A stretch of DNA of 64,000 bases, taken from NCBI GenBank assembly GCA_965113315.1, contig OZ220366.1; one strand, 5' to 3'. The stretch comes from Podarcis vaucheri. Taxonomy: Eukaryota. Position 1 is the first letter of the stretch, and every line of letters starts with the position of its first letter. Positions 1 to 12,791 of this stretch are shown piece by piece. The position numbers and the translations under genes are program-made. The notes beneath the pieces are model-generated. The model saw only the letters and a list, made by a program, of their open reading frames with translations, was not told where the DNA came from and searched no databases.

Positions 1-1083
1 CTTTCCCCCACCATCAAGAAAACACCTTATGAGTATTGCACAGAACTGAATGAACATGGAACAATCCTCAGATAATTCTTTTCAAGATATGCAGAGCTTA
101 AATGTTTTTTTCTTTTTCTTTCTTTCTCTCCTGCTGAACATTATCTGGCTTTATTTCTGAAGTTAGCCAGACTTTTTTCCCTGACAATAAAGAGGGGTGA
201 AAAAGATATGAATAAATCATTTTGAAATGTGTCAAGATTTCAGCAGCTCTAAAGAGAATTAAATGATCAGTCAATTATTTTGCTAAACTAAGCCTTTGAA
301 ACTGAAGGGTCATAAAAAGCCATAAAAATATTAAAATACATTTACATGATATCTAGTAAATATGTCATGTGTTGAACCAGGGAACTCTCTCACCCATTTA
401 TCTATGTCAACCTTCCACAACATGGTACCCGCTCCAGATACTTTAGACTACCACACCCATGAGCCATAGTCAGCACAGGGAAGGCAGATCTAGATAAATT
501 AATAATTTTAATCTTTTGGTGTGCTGAAGACCTGATCATGTATCTTCACAGTGGCAATCTCTGACACCATCTCTGACAACAGGTTCAAAAAGTTAATGTT
601 CCTGACTAACGAAGGTATACCAGTTGCATAAGGCTCAATGAAACATCCAGTGCTGACAGAAATGTTGAACAAATGCATATATCAAGCTTCTGAAGATGAA
701 CAGTGGACAGAGCTTAACTATTGTGTTTACAGACTTTAATGAATACTACACGATTATATCAGATAAGAGCATTATTTTGCAAGTTGGATGTTAAAATAAC
801 TTGGTTTGGTATTTACCTTAAAATGTTACTTAAAGGAGGTTCCTATTTCCTTGCACAAGTTCTCTTCCCTGCACTAAGCCAACAGCCCATATTTTCTCCT
901 TTCCCATCAACATGCAGGTTTTTACAGAGGACTTAGTTTGAAATCTCCCTGGTCAGAGACTGACTGCTCCTTGTGAACTACTGCTAACAGTTAACAATTT
1001 GGCTCCAGTTTTCCAGCAAAAGTGCTCTGGGAGTCTTCCTCTCAGCTTCAGCTGCCTGCAATTTCAGCCCTGTTGTCCTAAGT

Positions 1084-1219
1084 CAGGCATAGGCAAACTC
1101 GGCCCTCCAGATGTTTTGGGACTACAACTCCCATCATCCCTGACCACTGGTCCTGTTAGCTAGGGGTGATGGGAGTTGTAGTCCCAAAACATCTGGAGGG
1201 CTGAGTCTGCCTATGCCTG
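1084..1219. mobile_element. hAT-type palindromic MITE, 136 bp, intact
   Basis: Ends CAGGCATAGGCA...TGCCTATGCCTG; near-perfect long inverted arms; exact 8-bp TSD TCCTAAGT at 1076-1083 and 1220-1227. Confidence 0.9.
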
Positions 1220-2199
1220 TCCTAAGTTTTCATTCCTTGGACAGCTAACACTTGCTGCCACTAGAGCTTCTGCTGGCTTCTTTAGCTCCAAACTCAAGAC
1301 TGACTCTTGAATTGCTGTGTCTGCCTTTTTACACCCTTCAACCGCAGTGTTACAACCAATCAAAACCTTCTCTCTGACAGTTAAATGGAACATCCACTGA
1401 AGGATCTATCACAGACTGACCTTTTTGATCCCACTGTCTAATATAAAACAATGGTCTCTAATGCCTACTGACATACCAGAAAAACTCAAGACACATATTC
1501 ACCTTCTATGTAACTGTATCAGTGTAGTGGTTTCTTGACAGACCAACAGCTGTAAGATTGCCTGTACACTCTCTCTTAGGCCTCAATTAAAGGTAATTTG
1601 CCAACCTTTTACCTTCATTCAGTTAACTACTCACAAGCCAGATGCTTTTTAAAAAATGCAATAATACTATTACACATACATTTACACATTTACTATTACA
1701 CATACATCACATTTATTCAACTATTACTTCACAATTTTGCTGTTTGTCCAAAACCATCATTGTTAAGTACCATTGCATATATACAGCTTTCAACCAGGAA
1801 AAATAATCTCAAAAACTAATGTAAAAGGCAAATAATAATAATAAGGCAGACTTACTAAATGTATTTAAAAATAGCATGAAAAACATGTTATAAATGCTAA
1901 GTGGGAGGGGCAACAAAGTATCATGGGGCAGGGAAGTGTGTTTGATGGAGAGTGGAATGTAAATTTAATACATTTATTTATTTTATTTAATGAAATTCAT
2001 ATACTGCTTTATAGCAGCAAAAATGATTTAAATGGGTGCTGAAAAAATACAGTGATGGTGCCTGCCTGATGTCAATAGGCAAGGAGTTCCAAAGTGCAGG
2101 TAGTGCCACACTTAAAGAACAATTGCATACAAGTACAGAACAAGTATGGTAACACCTTGAACTTTGCCTGGTAACAAATCAGCCAGGAGGGGCAGGGGT

Positions 2200-2900
2200 C
2201 AAGTGGAGGGTATAGCTGCCAGTGCCTGGTCCACATCAACTGACTGCATAAGCTGAAATCAATTACATCACTGACTCTGCCACTGGAATTGAAAGAAGTG
2301 CAGAGTCAAGATCACTTTGATGTCAAGTGACTTTCTCTTCAAAGTGTGTAGCCAGTTGGCCACAGCAGGTCCTCAAATGCTCCAGAAGTCCCTCTCCCAC
2401 AGTGGAAGTCAGTAATCTCTGGATCATCCAAACTAACTCTGTGAAGAGGTGTATGTGAATCTGAACTTATGGTATGGTTTACCTCTGTAGATTGTGGGAT
2501 GTATAAGATTGATATAGCTATAATATGACACGACACCCTCCATTATGAGCTTTGGTGACCCTGGAACAATCCTGGTTCCAGCCCTTGGCCAATGGGCCAT
2601 TTGGGCATATCCTGAATTCACCCACATCTGACCTAAAGATTAACACATGGAAATTTAGTTTTCAAGTACAGGATACTCAGCTCCTCAGCGGTAAGGTGAT
2701 TTGAAAGCAGATAGCAGACAAGGATACCCAGGTTCAGATAATGGCTCAATATCAAAGTCTTTCACCCTTTCGTTAAGCAAACAGGATGGCCAGCTTAGCC
2801 ATTTTTCGAGGTGAGGATTTGGCAGGAAGTTCTGAAAGGAACTATGGAAATTGTAGAAATTACTCAGTTCACAGCCCTCTCCCCTCTCCAGTGGCATGCC
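2200..2900 (-). mobile_element. Possible degenerate LINE (L2/CR1-clade) endonuclease-region fragment
   Basis: Faint remnants resembling AP-endonuclease motifs (CLLNxR, GYxxxHxPR, GV) spread over several frames, and an L2-like 3' end at about 1975-2130. Confidence 0.3.
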
Positions 2901-3873
2901 TTGGCAAAAAGGTATTAAAAACCCATTAGATTCAAAGGTTAGTTAATTTTTCCAAGTCCAACATGACAGCATTTACCCAGCGCTCTCCACGATTCAGCAC
3001 ACTTCTGCTTTGCTTTAAGGACAGGTATATTTCCCTTCTGCCCCCCACCCCCGCCCATCCACTTCTTTATGGCAAAATTGTTATGCTCTTTTACTCTTTA
3101 ATGAATGTGTGTTTATATTGTAGAATTTGCTACCTACTTAGACTGTAACTTTGCTGTATGAAACAGCATTTATATACTGTTACTCTTATTTTATATAATA
3201 AACCAAGCTTTGCTTATTCCTTTGTGTGAGAGCTTCTATAACAAGTGAATGTCATAACTCCAGCAGAAGATCCTAAACCTCTCAGCCATGTCTATATGAA
3301 CATATATGAGTGCTGGCTGTGGAAAGGTGAGTCTAGGTACACACTTGTAACAACTTCTCCGGCTGACTACCAGAGGATTCAAGCTCAATTCAATGGGTCA
3401 CATTCAGTTCTGCATGAGCAAAGTAGGATTTCATCTTCCATTCCTCTCCCCTGCAAGTCTCCAAAATCTGTTTTGGATGGTCTGTGTCCTAAAACCTGTT
3501 TCACTTGTGCAACAGCAGCACAGGATACAATCCAATATAATGAATGTGTAGCATCTTATGAAACGGTTAAGCACATTAGAATAGCATAGTCATTCTGCTA
3601 AACTATTTCATCTGGTTTAGAAACAGTACTCAAGTTCTATGGAGCAAATTCAAAAGACTTTGCAGAATCATAGACACATGTCCATAACCCCGCCCCCTAA
3701 ACACTAATTTTCCTTTTTTTCTTAATTGATGGTCTTGTTTTATTGCTATGTGGTGTTCTTCCTTTTAGCTATCTATATTTCCAAATGTATTCAAATAACA
3801 TTTCATGTAAAAAATGGATAGTCCTGCAAATTATTATTATTATTTTTTGCTAAAGCATTATGAACAAACCTAC

Positions 3874-4001
3874 CTCCACGTCCAAAGTTTCCAAGATCAT
3901 TTGGCCCACTAGTGCTGTTGTTTACAGGCAGGCTGGTGGCAGGCCAAGAGTCTGCAAGCCAAGGATAACTCGGGTCACTTGCATTTAACAGGCCTGGTCG
4001 A
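3874..4001 (-). CDS. ROBO2: ROBO2 coding exon, 128 nt, cytoplasmic: (S)RPGLLNASDPSYPWLADSWPATSLPVNNSTSGPNDLGNFGRG(x)
   Basis: Acceptor tttttcttcag|T, donor G|gtaggt; contains the conserved Robo PWLADSWP motif; phase 2 to 1. Confidence 0.95.
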
Positions 4002-4956
4002 CTGAAGAAAAATGAACATCGAAATACATCTGTGAGAAACTCTTTACAACTGCAAACTGAAGAGACTTTATACATCTCTCTCAACAATAAAATTTAAAAT
4101 TTATTTCATATTAAAATTGTGAAGGCTTTCTTGATATAAATGATTCCGCAGTTAATTGGAGTTTTACACAAATTAGCACTGTATGTGGAAGTGGAATCAG
4201 TTACAAGTCTGCTAGAATCCAAATGAATTCTGTAGTTCATTTCAAAATAAGGAATAGGCTGTACCATTGAAGGATCCTAAACTAGGGATGAATGATAAAT
4301 TACCACCTCAAGGGAACAATCACTCAAAGTGACTGTTCTGTATCAGCCATTTCCAGGACTCTGGGTGAGTATTCCTTCACTTCCTGCGTCCCAAATGTCT
4401 GTCTGTCATCCACAAGCTGCTAGCTCTTCCTTTGAGCAGCCTTGCGTGGTTTTAAAGGCAAGTAGGTTTGAGTGGGATTAATGAAAAGTTCAAAACAGCA
4501 TTTTTATCTGTGTCAACAGACTTTCATGTTCATATAATTTGATTTCAGATTTCAAGAACAACTGAAGACTGAGCACTTTTTATCTGAAAGGAACTAGTCA
4601 TTAAGATGTTAGAATTTGGCTCAGTGGGCACGTTCCTAAAACTGGGAGAGATGAATAGGAGAAAGGTGGGAGAACAGCACATTAAACAAATAAGTCGGAA
4701 GCTGTACTTGATTATTAGTACATGTAAACAAACAGCATTGTGGGAAACAAGATACTGGTCTAGATCTGCTTTTTGGACTGATCCGGCAAGGCTCCTTTTA
4801 TGTTCCTTTTTAACAGTTATTGTTATTGTATCCCTTCCCACCCCCCATGAATCCCTTCTGGCACAATCCCTAAGAGAAATGTGGGTTTCTATGGAAACAG
4901 CAATAAGAAGATCTAGCAGCATTCTTGCCACGTCTATGAACTCTCATTAGGCCTAA

Positions 4957-4958
<2 letters not shown>

Positions 4959-5028
<70 letters not shown>
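4959..5028. repeat. Compound self-complementary microsatellite (TG)16-TA-(CA)18
   Basis: Read directly from the sequence. Confidence 0.95.
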
Positions 5029-5030
<2 letters not shown>

Positions 5031-5610
5031 TATTGATTAAATAGGAGATTGGAAGTTATTACCAGAGCTTAATTACAATCTCCATATTGGCATAGAGAAA
5101 ATAGATGAGGATATATGGCTCTGTTATCAACTTTTATCAATTTCAATTGAGTAGCCAAAGTTGTAGAACCTAGTCCTATCAATCTACAACCTATTCATCT
5201 TCCATGAATCATTTATTTTGTGATCGATTGTGTGTAATTGTTCACTCACAGCAATTTAGTGGGAGCCAATAAGGAGTCTTAAACAACAGCAACTTCATTT
5301 ACTAATGCCTAATTAATGCAATAAGCATCCTGAAAACAAATGAACACATTCTTTCTGATACTTTCTACTAATTTCTTCTTGGGCATCTGGGAGATATGAA
5401 ACATCTGGACTTGATTCCCCTCAAGTGTACAACAGATCATTAAAATCTGGTCTAAGCCATTTAATTCCTCCCAGAATTGTCACTCTAGCAACTGATCATG
5501 TAGTAGTCTGTCTTTCTTTCTTTTTAGTTCCTAATAAAAAAATAAATCTGATGGGGCTTAAATATGACACAACCTGAAACAGAATATGACCTTTTCAATA
5601 GCAGACATAC

Positions 5611-5653
5611 CTTCCATTGCTCATAAGTCCCCCATCTCCTCTTTGGAAAGTAA
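5611..5653 (-). CDS. ROBO2: ROBO2 coding exon, 43 nt: (V)TFQRGDGGLMSNG(S)
   Basis: Acceptor cccacaccag|TT, donor AG|gtatgt; phase 1 to 2; not in the ORF track. Confidence 0.93.
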
Positions 5654-6613
5654 CTGGTGTGGGTTTTCATAAATAAGAGAGTAGGAAAAGTCTGTTAGGC
5701 ATAGTAAGTCATTTATATCAAGCATATCACAATATACAATATAATGTGTTAAACAATATAATCAAGTATAGGTGGGAAAGCAAAAATTTCCATATCCCCC
5801 TGTTCTCTCTAGACAATATTGATTTAAATCAATCTTTCTCAGTCACAGTCTCACAGGACAACTTATTTCTGATTCCTTGATATTATGGGTTTTGGGGGGA
5901 AATTCTCAAATCAATAGACCTTTGGCTTCAAAATGTATGAAGCTAGAGACCCCTGAATCATGCAGATTCATGCAGATTCCAACGAAACATTACCTTCATA
6001 TCTTCAAACTAAATAAAAATGAATCTGTGCTCTCTTTAGCACATTAGTACTTTAATAAGTAATTAACAATGACCTGGATCTGCTTATCATTACAGTAGGA
6101 ACAAAAGTGAAAAATTTGGGGAAACTGAAATGGAAAAAAAATATTCAAAATACATTCTCATCTTATATTCTAACACCTTTTATCCATGCCTGAAGTGTTC
6201 TTAACAGAGTGTATGATGTAAAACCAATGCCATACTTCCTAGCTAGCAGGACTAGTAGGAGTTGTAGTCAAACAACAGCTGGGAACCCAAGTTCGAGAAA
6301 CAATGATGTAAACACTTAATTGCCAAGATCAGTCTTGTAATCTCAAAAAAAATTATGAATACTTTACAAACATAGTCTAAACGCACCTACCTTACAACAA
6401 GATATTGTTATAAATTTAGGGTCTTGAATTGCTTATAACTGTGACAATCTCTATGTTGTAAGAAGTCATTTTTAAAGCAGTACAGTACAGTGGATAGTAT
6501 GGCCAGACACAGTATCAGTATTCTGCATAACATACAGCAGCCTTTGTCAGATAGTTTGGACTACGATGATAAGAGTTGTAGTCCAAAACATGTTGTGGGC
6601 TAGGGTAAAGCTT

Positions 6614-6969
6614 GGGACGCGGGTGGCTATGTGGGTTAAACCACAGAGCCTAGGACTTGCCAATCAGAAGGTCGGCGGTTCGAATCCCCGTGATGGGGTG
6701 AGCTCCCGTTGCTCAGTCCCTGCTCCTGCCAACCTAGCAGTTCGAAAGCACATCAAAGTGCAAGTAGATAAATAGGTACCACTCCGGCGGGAAGGTAAAC
6801 GGTGTTTCTGTGCGCTGCTCTGGTTCACCAGAAGCGGCTTAGTCATGCTGGCCACATGACCCAGAAGCTGTACGCCGGCTCCCTCAGCCAATAAAGCAAG
6901 ATGAGCGCCGCAAGCCCAGAGTCGGTCACGACTGGACCTAATGGTCAGGGGTCCCTTTACCTTTACCTT
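6614..6969 (+). mobile_element. Sauria SINE, full length
   Basis: tRNA-derived head with A box (TGGCTATGTGG, 6624-6634) and B box (GGTTCGAATCC, 6677-6687); (ACCTTT)n tail; 13-bp TSD TAGGGTAAAGCTT at 6601-6613 and 6970-6982. Confidence 0.9.
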
Positions 6970-8559
6970 TAGGGTAAAGCTTACGTATTGGAACCCCTGA
7001 ACTATCTTCTCAAATGAGAATTGTGTGTATTTCTGTGACTTAAAGTGATGCAACGTCTGGCATCCACCCATAAAGAAGAGACACCCCGAAATAAAGAAAA
7101 CTCTGGAATTTCAGTGCTAGCTGTCAAAAAAATGAAGAAAGTTTGGGAAACCAGTGAAGGAGATTGAGAAAGCAAGGGACATCGGAGAGCTTTACATGTG
7201 TAACATTGCACCAGGAGTCCAAAGGGGATAAAATTGGTCCCCCCTTTTTTTCATTGTATCTGTGGGATAGGTTTGGCTGGGGTAGCCTGAGTTCAAAGTC
7301 ACCTAGTGAGCAAAGTCTCCCATCAAAATGTAGTGATGGCGGTGGTGGTGATTACCTGCTTTTTACCAGCAGGTCTAAGAATGGGTTACAACAATTTAAA
7401 ATTTAGAATTAAAACCAGTTAAAACAAATGATCTCATCAAGTATACCACACTGGTTTCAACCATCACACAACCACAATTCATGTTAGAGTATAGTCCCTG
7501 GTCTTTTTGTACGAAGCACCACAAGAGATGCTTGATGGAACTCACACGATTAACTGAAATGATCAACCATCCTGGGCGATCATATACATCTGAAAATTCC
7601 ACAAAAATGCTTCTCCATTAATACAGAAACACTTCAAAATTTATAACACAAAGCAGCTTTCTCTTGATCTCTTGCCATATACTCCGCAATCTCAGTTAAA
7701 CAACTGTACAGCATCAAGATGGAAATGCTATGATCAGCAAAGACACTGACATATAAAGCAGGGTAGCTGCAGCTTTCTGGTGATACATTACATTTTTGCT
7801 GTGTTATCAGTTCCACAAGTGGCTTCACAATGCACGTTCAACTACAATGAAGACAAAGAGGATCCCTTTGGGATCCCATATAGAATGAACTTAGGAACTG
7901 ATGATTAATTGCCTATCACCACTGTATGGGCAATTATGGTTGCTAGAAAATCACAACAGGCATATCACAAATTAAATGCTTTACCTATTTGGAAATGAAT
8001 TAATGCTAATCACAGTGAAAGTGTATAAAATATTAAATACAAAGTATACACAAGCATTCTAATGCTTCTTAATATACTAAACAATAATAACACATGCTAA
8101 AATAGTTTAAGCGAAATTGGGTGGATATTGTACAGCAATCTGCAGGGAAACAATGGGTGCAAGTTTATTTATTTGTAGCTGGCATTGTAGCTGTTAGAAA
8201 ATGTGTGACTAACATCTACATTAGAATACCTCACTTTCATTTCTGCATCTTCTTCCATAAACTTACAAACATAATTTGAAACTTGAAACCGAGCACTTAT
8301 ATTCTACATTTTAAAGTTTAAATTGAAGATAGTATAGTATAATTTAGTTTATACTATGCCATAAGTGTGCCAGACAAATGGCTTGCTGAGGATAGGCTTA
8401 GTGCAATGAGTTTGTTCTCTTGAGGCAGTGAGGTAAGGGATGAGGCCTTCTGGGGATGAGGACGTCCTAGCAGTGTCCCACTCCCAGGGTGAAGGGGGGA
8501 AGAGTGGATTGGTAAAGAGGAAGTTGAAAGGTAAAGTCAAAGGGCTCAAATATCTTCAG

Positions 8560-9200
8560 AATGTATGGGTGTTATTAGAAATCACCATACTGGAAGCTCA
8601 GCCTCAATACAGGCCATGCAAGGTACCACCAAGGCCAAGGCACTACCAGCAAGCTTAACAAGCAAACTATGAGAGATTAAGAAGCCTTTCTTCAGAAACT
8701 GAAGTCTGGCCCAAATAAAGAGAACAAAAAGGAACACATTGCCAACAGAAATGCAAACAGGCAAGAAGGGACAAAATGAGCAAATTCAGGAAGGGCATTT
8801 TTAGAAACCTTAGGACCACAATTAAAAAGTTATTTAAACACTTTGGAAGCAAGAGGAAACTGGCTAGGAAGGCAGTTGTATCTTTAGATAACAGGGGAGT
8901 CAAGATGTACTAATGAAGGAAAACAAGATTGTGGAGAAGTTGAATGAGTTCTTTGCATTTGTTTTCATTCTGGAATGCCACAGAGGATCCCTGTGGCTGA
9001 ATTAACTTTCTTGGAAAGGAAGTCTGAGGAACTGAGGCAAAAACTGTTGACAAGAGACATTCTAGGCCACCAGATCTCAAATTTTAAATTGCTGGTTTTC
9101 TAACATAAACATGTAACTTGTTCTGAAGACTAGCATTTGTACCTGAAGAATAGAATCTAGCCAATGTAATACCATTTTTTAAATAAAAGGAACCATGATC
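8560..9200 (+). mobile_element. Degenerate CR1 LINE ORF2 fragment (region between endonuclease and RT)
   Basis: Broken-frame remnants EKLNEFFAxVF and PEEx..ANVIPFF, typical of CR1 ORF2. Confidence 0.6.
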
Positions 9201-11939
9201 ATTTATGTAAGCAGGTGCTCACAATGAACACTTCTTCAGAGCTTAATCCTCCCCCAAGAAAGGAGTTAGATATAGAGGGATTATGTTCCCCTTTTGCTCA
9301 CTAGTAGGGCTATTAAAAATAAAGTATTCCTAATACAGATGGCCAAACTTCCAGTCACATGAGAAGCTCCTAAATAGCACTTTCCATCTAGTCCCCATTC
9401 TCTATGTTCTGGGACATGATGTCCGCTTCTTAATAGCTGCCAATATTTTGCAACAAAGCACACAGTTGGGCAGAATGCTTAGCTACAGGAGCTTTCCTTT
9501 CACTCGGATTGTAGTACTATATCAGGGGACAGGAGGAATGGAGTTGACCCTGCAGTCTGATTTATGTAGGCTTATACTGGCACAGTTAGGCAATCCCAAA
9601 AGTAAAGAGTGTTGGCAGAGTGGTGAGAAGGGAATACCTTGGCAATAAGAAGCTGAGACCTCCTGTGTTCTTATGATTCTATGAACTGGACCGATGTGGC
9701 TGTCATTCTGATTGCTGGAGTTATTTTCTCCATCAAAAACAAAGTCATGTTTCTTTATCATTTTTTAATGGTTGCTGGGTGTTATAAATAGTTCTCATAT
9801 GGTGAGGTTATAATGCAATATCTGTTTTCAGTAGTTGCATTTCTTATGGAATTATCTTACAGCCTTTGGGGAACACATTTATAAGGAGAAGTAACCACAG
9901 AAGAATGGAAGCTGCTTCATTATTACATCTGTCTCTGGAAATTAATATAATTTTCAGAGTGACAACTGTTATCCTCTCAGAGTGACAATTGTCAAAGGAT
10001 AAGTTTATAAGATTGCAATTAATGTCTCCCTCCTCCAAAAAATATCCTCCCTTATTATTTAAGTTATTTTATTTCCCAAAGCTTCATACAATCCACAATA
10101 AAAATGGCTGGGCAAGCCAGCAAGACAGCATCACTCTGAAAGGATCAACATTCTGTGGAAAAGGCAGCAAAAGTCACAAATGATAGTCTGGCAAAATAAG
10201 CACTATGTTTATCACTGTTACCATATGTTTGTGTCAGCATTTTTGCCTGCAGTTTGATTTCTGGAATTGCAAAACACGCCTAAAATGCTGAAGGGAAACA
10301 TATTTGAATATAGTAGACTACAGTCCTTACAGACATATCGGGGGGGGGGGGCGAGTGGATCAGCAAAGCTGATTTAATTCAGGGATCTAAATTTCAAAAA
10401 ACTGCTGAGACATTTTGAAAGCTGAAAGGGAGATGAAAGACAAATTCCATCTATTATCACAAAGCAGCATTTTTTAAATTAAAAACTGTTTATATGATTA
10501 TGGATCTTATACAGATTCTTTAAAAATCCGCAGAATATAAAGGGAGGAACACGTTTTAAAAATATGACGTACACAAGGATGTATTGAAAGAGGGAACGAG
10601 AGAGGTTTGAAGAATCCTTGTTAACCTGTGTTGCAAGGTCTATACAAAAACATGCACAATTAAGCCTCACACAAAAATTGAAAAAACTCATATACATACA
10701 GTATACAAAGATACTATGGTACTAGTTGAACTATTTACAAATACTATCTGACAAGGTTAAACCCAATCTTCATGCAGGCTAGAACCAAAAAATAGAAATA
10801 CACACTCAGCTGACATTTTGAGGAAATAAAGCTTTCTGTGTGCCTATCTCTAGTGGGCCACATTTTCCTAGTACAAATGAAAACTTTAATGTTGCCAGCC
10901 AAGTCTCTTCCCTTTTTCTGATAAGCTGTTCCTCAAATATGAATACAGATTAATCCTCTTTTAATAAGCATTAACTCAGAACAGATAATCAGCATATAAA
11001 AATTCTATCAAATCTTCCTGCATTTGGATGGTTCTGTCAAATAATTTATAATAATCTACCACTGTTAGGACTTGCGCGTGATATGTTTAGTTTGCCATTT
11101 GTAATTTGTTTTTATTTACCCAGTTTCACAACAATCTTTAATCCCCAAGCTTAGTATTTATAAGCAAAAATGTATGGTTTTCGTTCAGGCTGATAGTGTA
11201 TGCAGTTAGAGGAACATGTCTGCATTCCTGCAAATGGATGCACACACACTTGGGAAACTGAGGGCAGATGAAAGATACATTACATTTTTCCTGTTTCAGT
11301 AGATGGATTTCTATGAATTTATAAGAAGCGGGGAACAGGATGGATAAATGCGATGGGGTACTACATAGCATAGAAGGATTCACCTGAGAAAATGGATTCT
11401 TTTTTTATCATTCTTATGGAATCTGAAAAGTTGGTATCTACCTAGAAAAGAGGTATGTGCTCACCTTTCTTTCAACCATGTTAAAGCCTGCAGTGTATGT
11501 TTGCACGAGGAGAATTTGGAAACTAACCATGAAAAACATAACAAGCACGATTATACCTACCTGAAGTGTAGTTTTTCATTCCCTACGAATGAAAGGTCAG
11601 CAGATTGGGTTGCTAGTTTCACCCATGGCCCAAAGCGGGCAGTAATGTTTTGGGGCGTAGGGCTCCAAGGATTCAGTTTGCAAACTCTCCAAGCTCAAGG
11701 GAAAGACAGACATTAAGAAGGAGAAAAGTATATCCTACATCCCAGAAATAAAGGAAGGAGCTAGCCTCGAGGGTGGGGCCCTGCTGACCTTTCACTGGGA
11801 ATGGAAAACTATGCTTCAGGTAGATACAATCATACCTTTTCCCATTCCTGCAATGAAAGGTCAGCAGACTGGGAGATACCAGAGCTATACTAATCTCAGG
11901 CAGCAGAGAGGCTGCAGTGTTATGGAGGGGAGAGAACAT

Positions 11940-12360
11940 TTTGTAATGTCTCGTGAAGGTGCTGTGGGAGGACCAGGTGACTGCCTTGCATATTTTCAGC
12001 AGTGCAGCATTAACTGAAAATGCACTGCAGGGAGCTGCAGAACAAGAGGAGTGAGCCATGATGTGCAAAGGGACAGTAAGTCCCTGAGCTTTGCAGGAAA
12101 GGGCCTTTATCCATCTAGCTAGAGTGGCAGAAATCACTTTCTTCCATAAAGAGAAGAGATGGAATGAAAGAAAGAAAGAGTGAAACTGTCCATCTGAGCT
12201 CTTTGGTTCACTGAATGTAGACTTTTGAAGCTCTACGTACATTGTGGGAGTGCCAAGCTTTTCCCCTGTGGTCACTAAGGAAGGGCAGAAGGAGGGAAGA
12301 CCAAGTTCTTGTTGCAAGTGGGAGTTGGAGGTGACCTTAGGAAGGAAAGCTGGTTGGGAG
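11940..12360 (-). pseudogene. DIRS tyrosine recombinase C-terminal remnant (frameshifted)
   Basis: PAFLPKVTSNSHLQQELGLPSFCP, then in a shifted frame WHSHNVRRASKVYIQ*TKELR..SLFLSF, then ISATLARWIK...AHSSCSAA...ICKAVTWSSHSTFTRHY. The catalytic Tyr codon is at 11943-11945; the HxxR arginine is now Cys (TGT). Confidence 0.85.
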
Positions 12361-12463
12361 AGAAGGGAAGAGAGTGTGGCTGCTTGTTGGTTGAAGGTGT
12401 TAGGGTGGAGGCTGTCCGGAAGAAAGCAGAATGGTGGCAATTTCCAGTTTCTAAAGGGAAATG

Positions 12464-12464
<1 letters not shown>

Positions 12465-12499
<35 letters not shown>

Positions 12500-12537
12500 C
12501 TGCCCATCTGGCTGGGTCCCCCCCAGCCACTCTAGGG
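12465..12537 (-). mobile_element. Extreme 3' tip of an L2-type LINE with (ATT)n tail, nested in the DIRS element
   Basis: (AAT)n followed by gcccatctggctggg..cccagccactct, the same terminus as the copies at 24454 and 32034. Confidence 0.75.
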
Positions 12538-12791
12538 GAAGAAAAGCTAAGGGGGTGGGAACAATCTGTGGGATGTGGGAACAATCTGTGGGATTCACAG
12601 TTGTGGACAAAACAGGGGAGGAGAAGGCTGAAAGCTTGGAAAATCTTCATCCCCATTGGAGGAATGAGAAGGGTTAAGTGCATGATCTAGGGCAGTCATG
12701 TCCAAGAAGTCTATCGTGATTGACTTGGAGATCCTGGGACTGATATTGGCCGATCGCAGGCTGAGAAAGAAAAAATATTTTAAAAAATATT

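Noticed and set aside
1-3800. Next ROBO2 cytoplasmic exon (CC0 region), and in 59000-64000 the preceding Ig4 exon
   Set aside because: No matching coding sequence found by eye; presumably outside the window.
6614-6700. tRNA gene suggested by the A and B boxes
   Set aside because: The boxes belong to the tRNA-derived head of a SINE with tail and TSD; no cloverleaf is evident.
11673-12683. 336-aa ORF, the longest in the window, as a functional gene
   Set aside because: It is a chance fusion of an (ATT)n tract (poly-Tyr), an L2 tip and frameshifted DIRS recombinase pieces with a mutated catalytic Arg.
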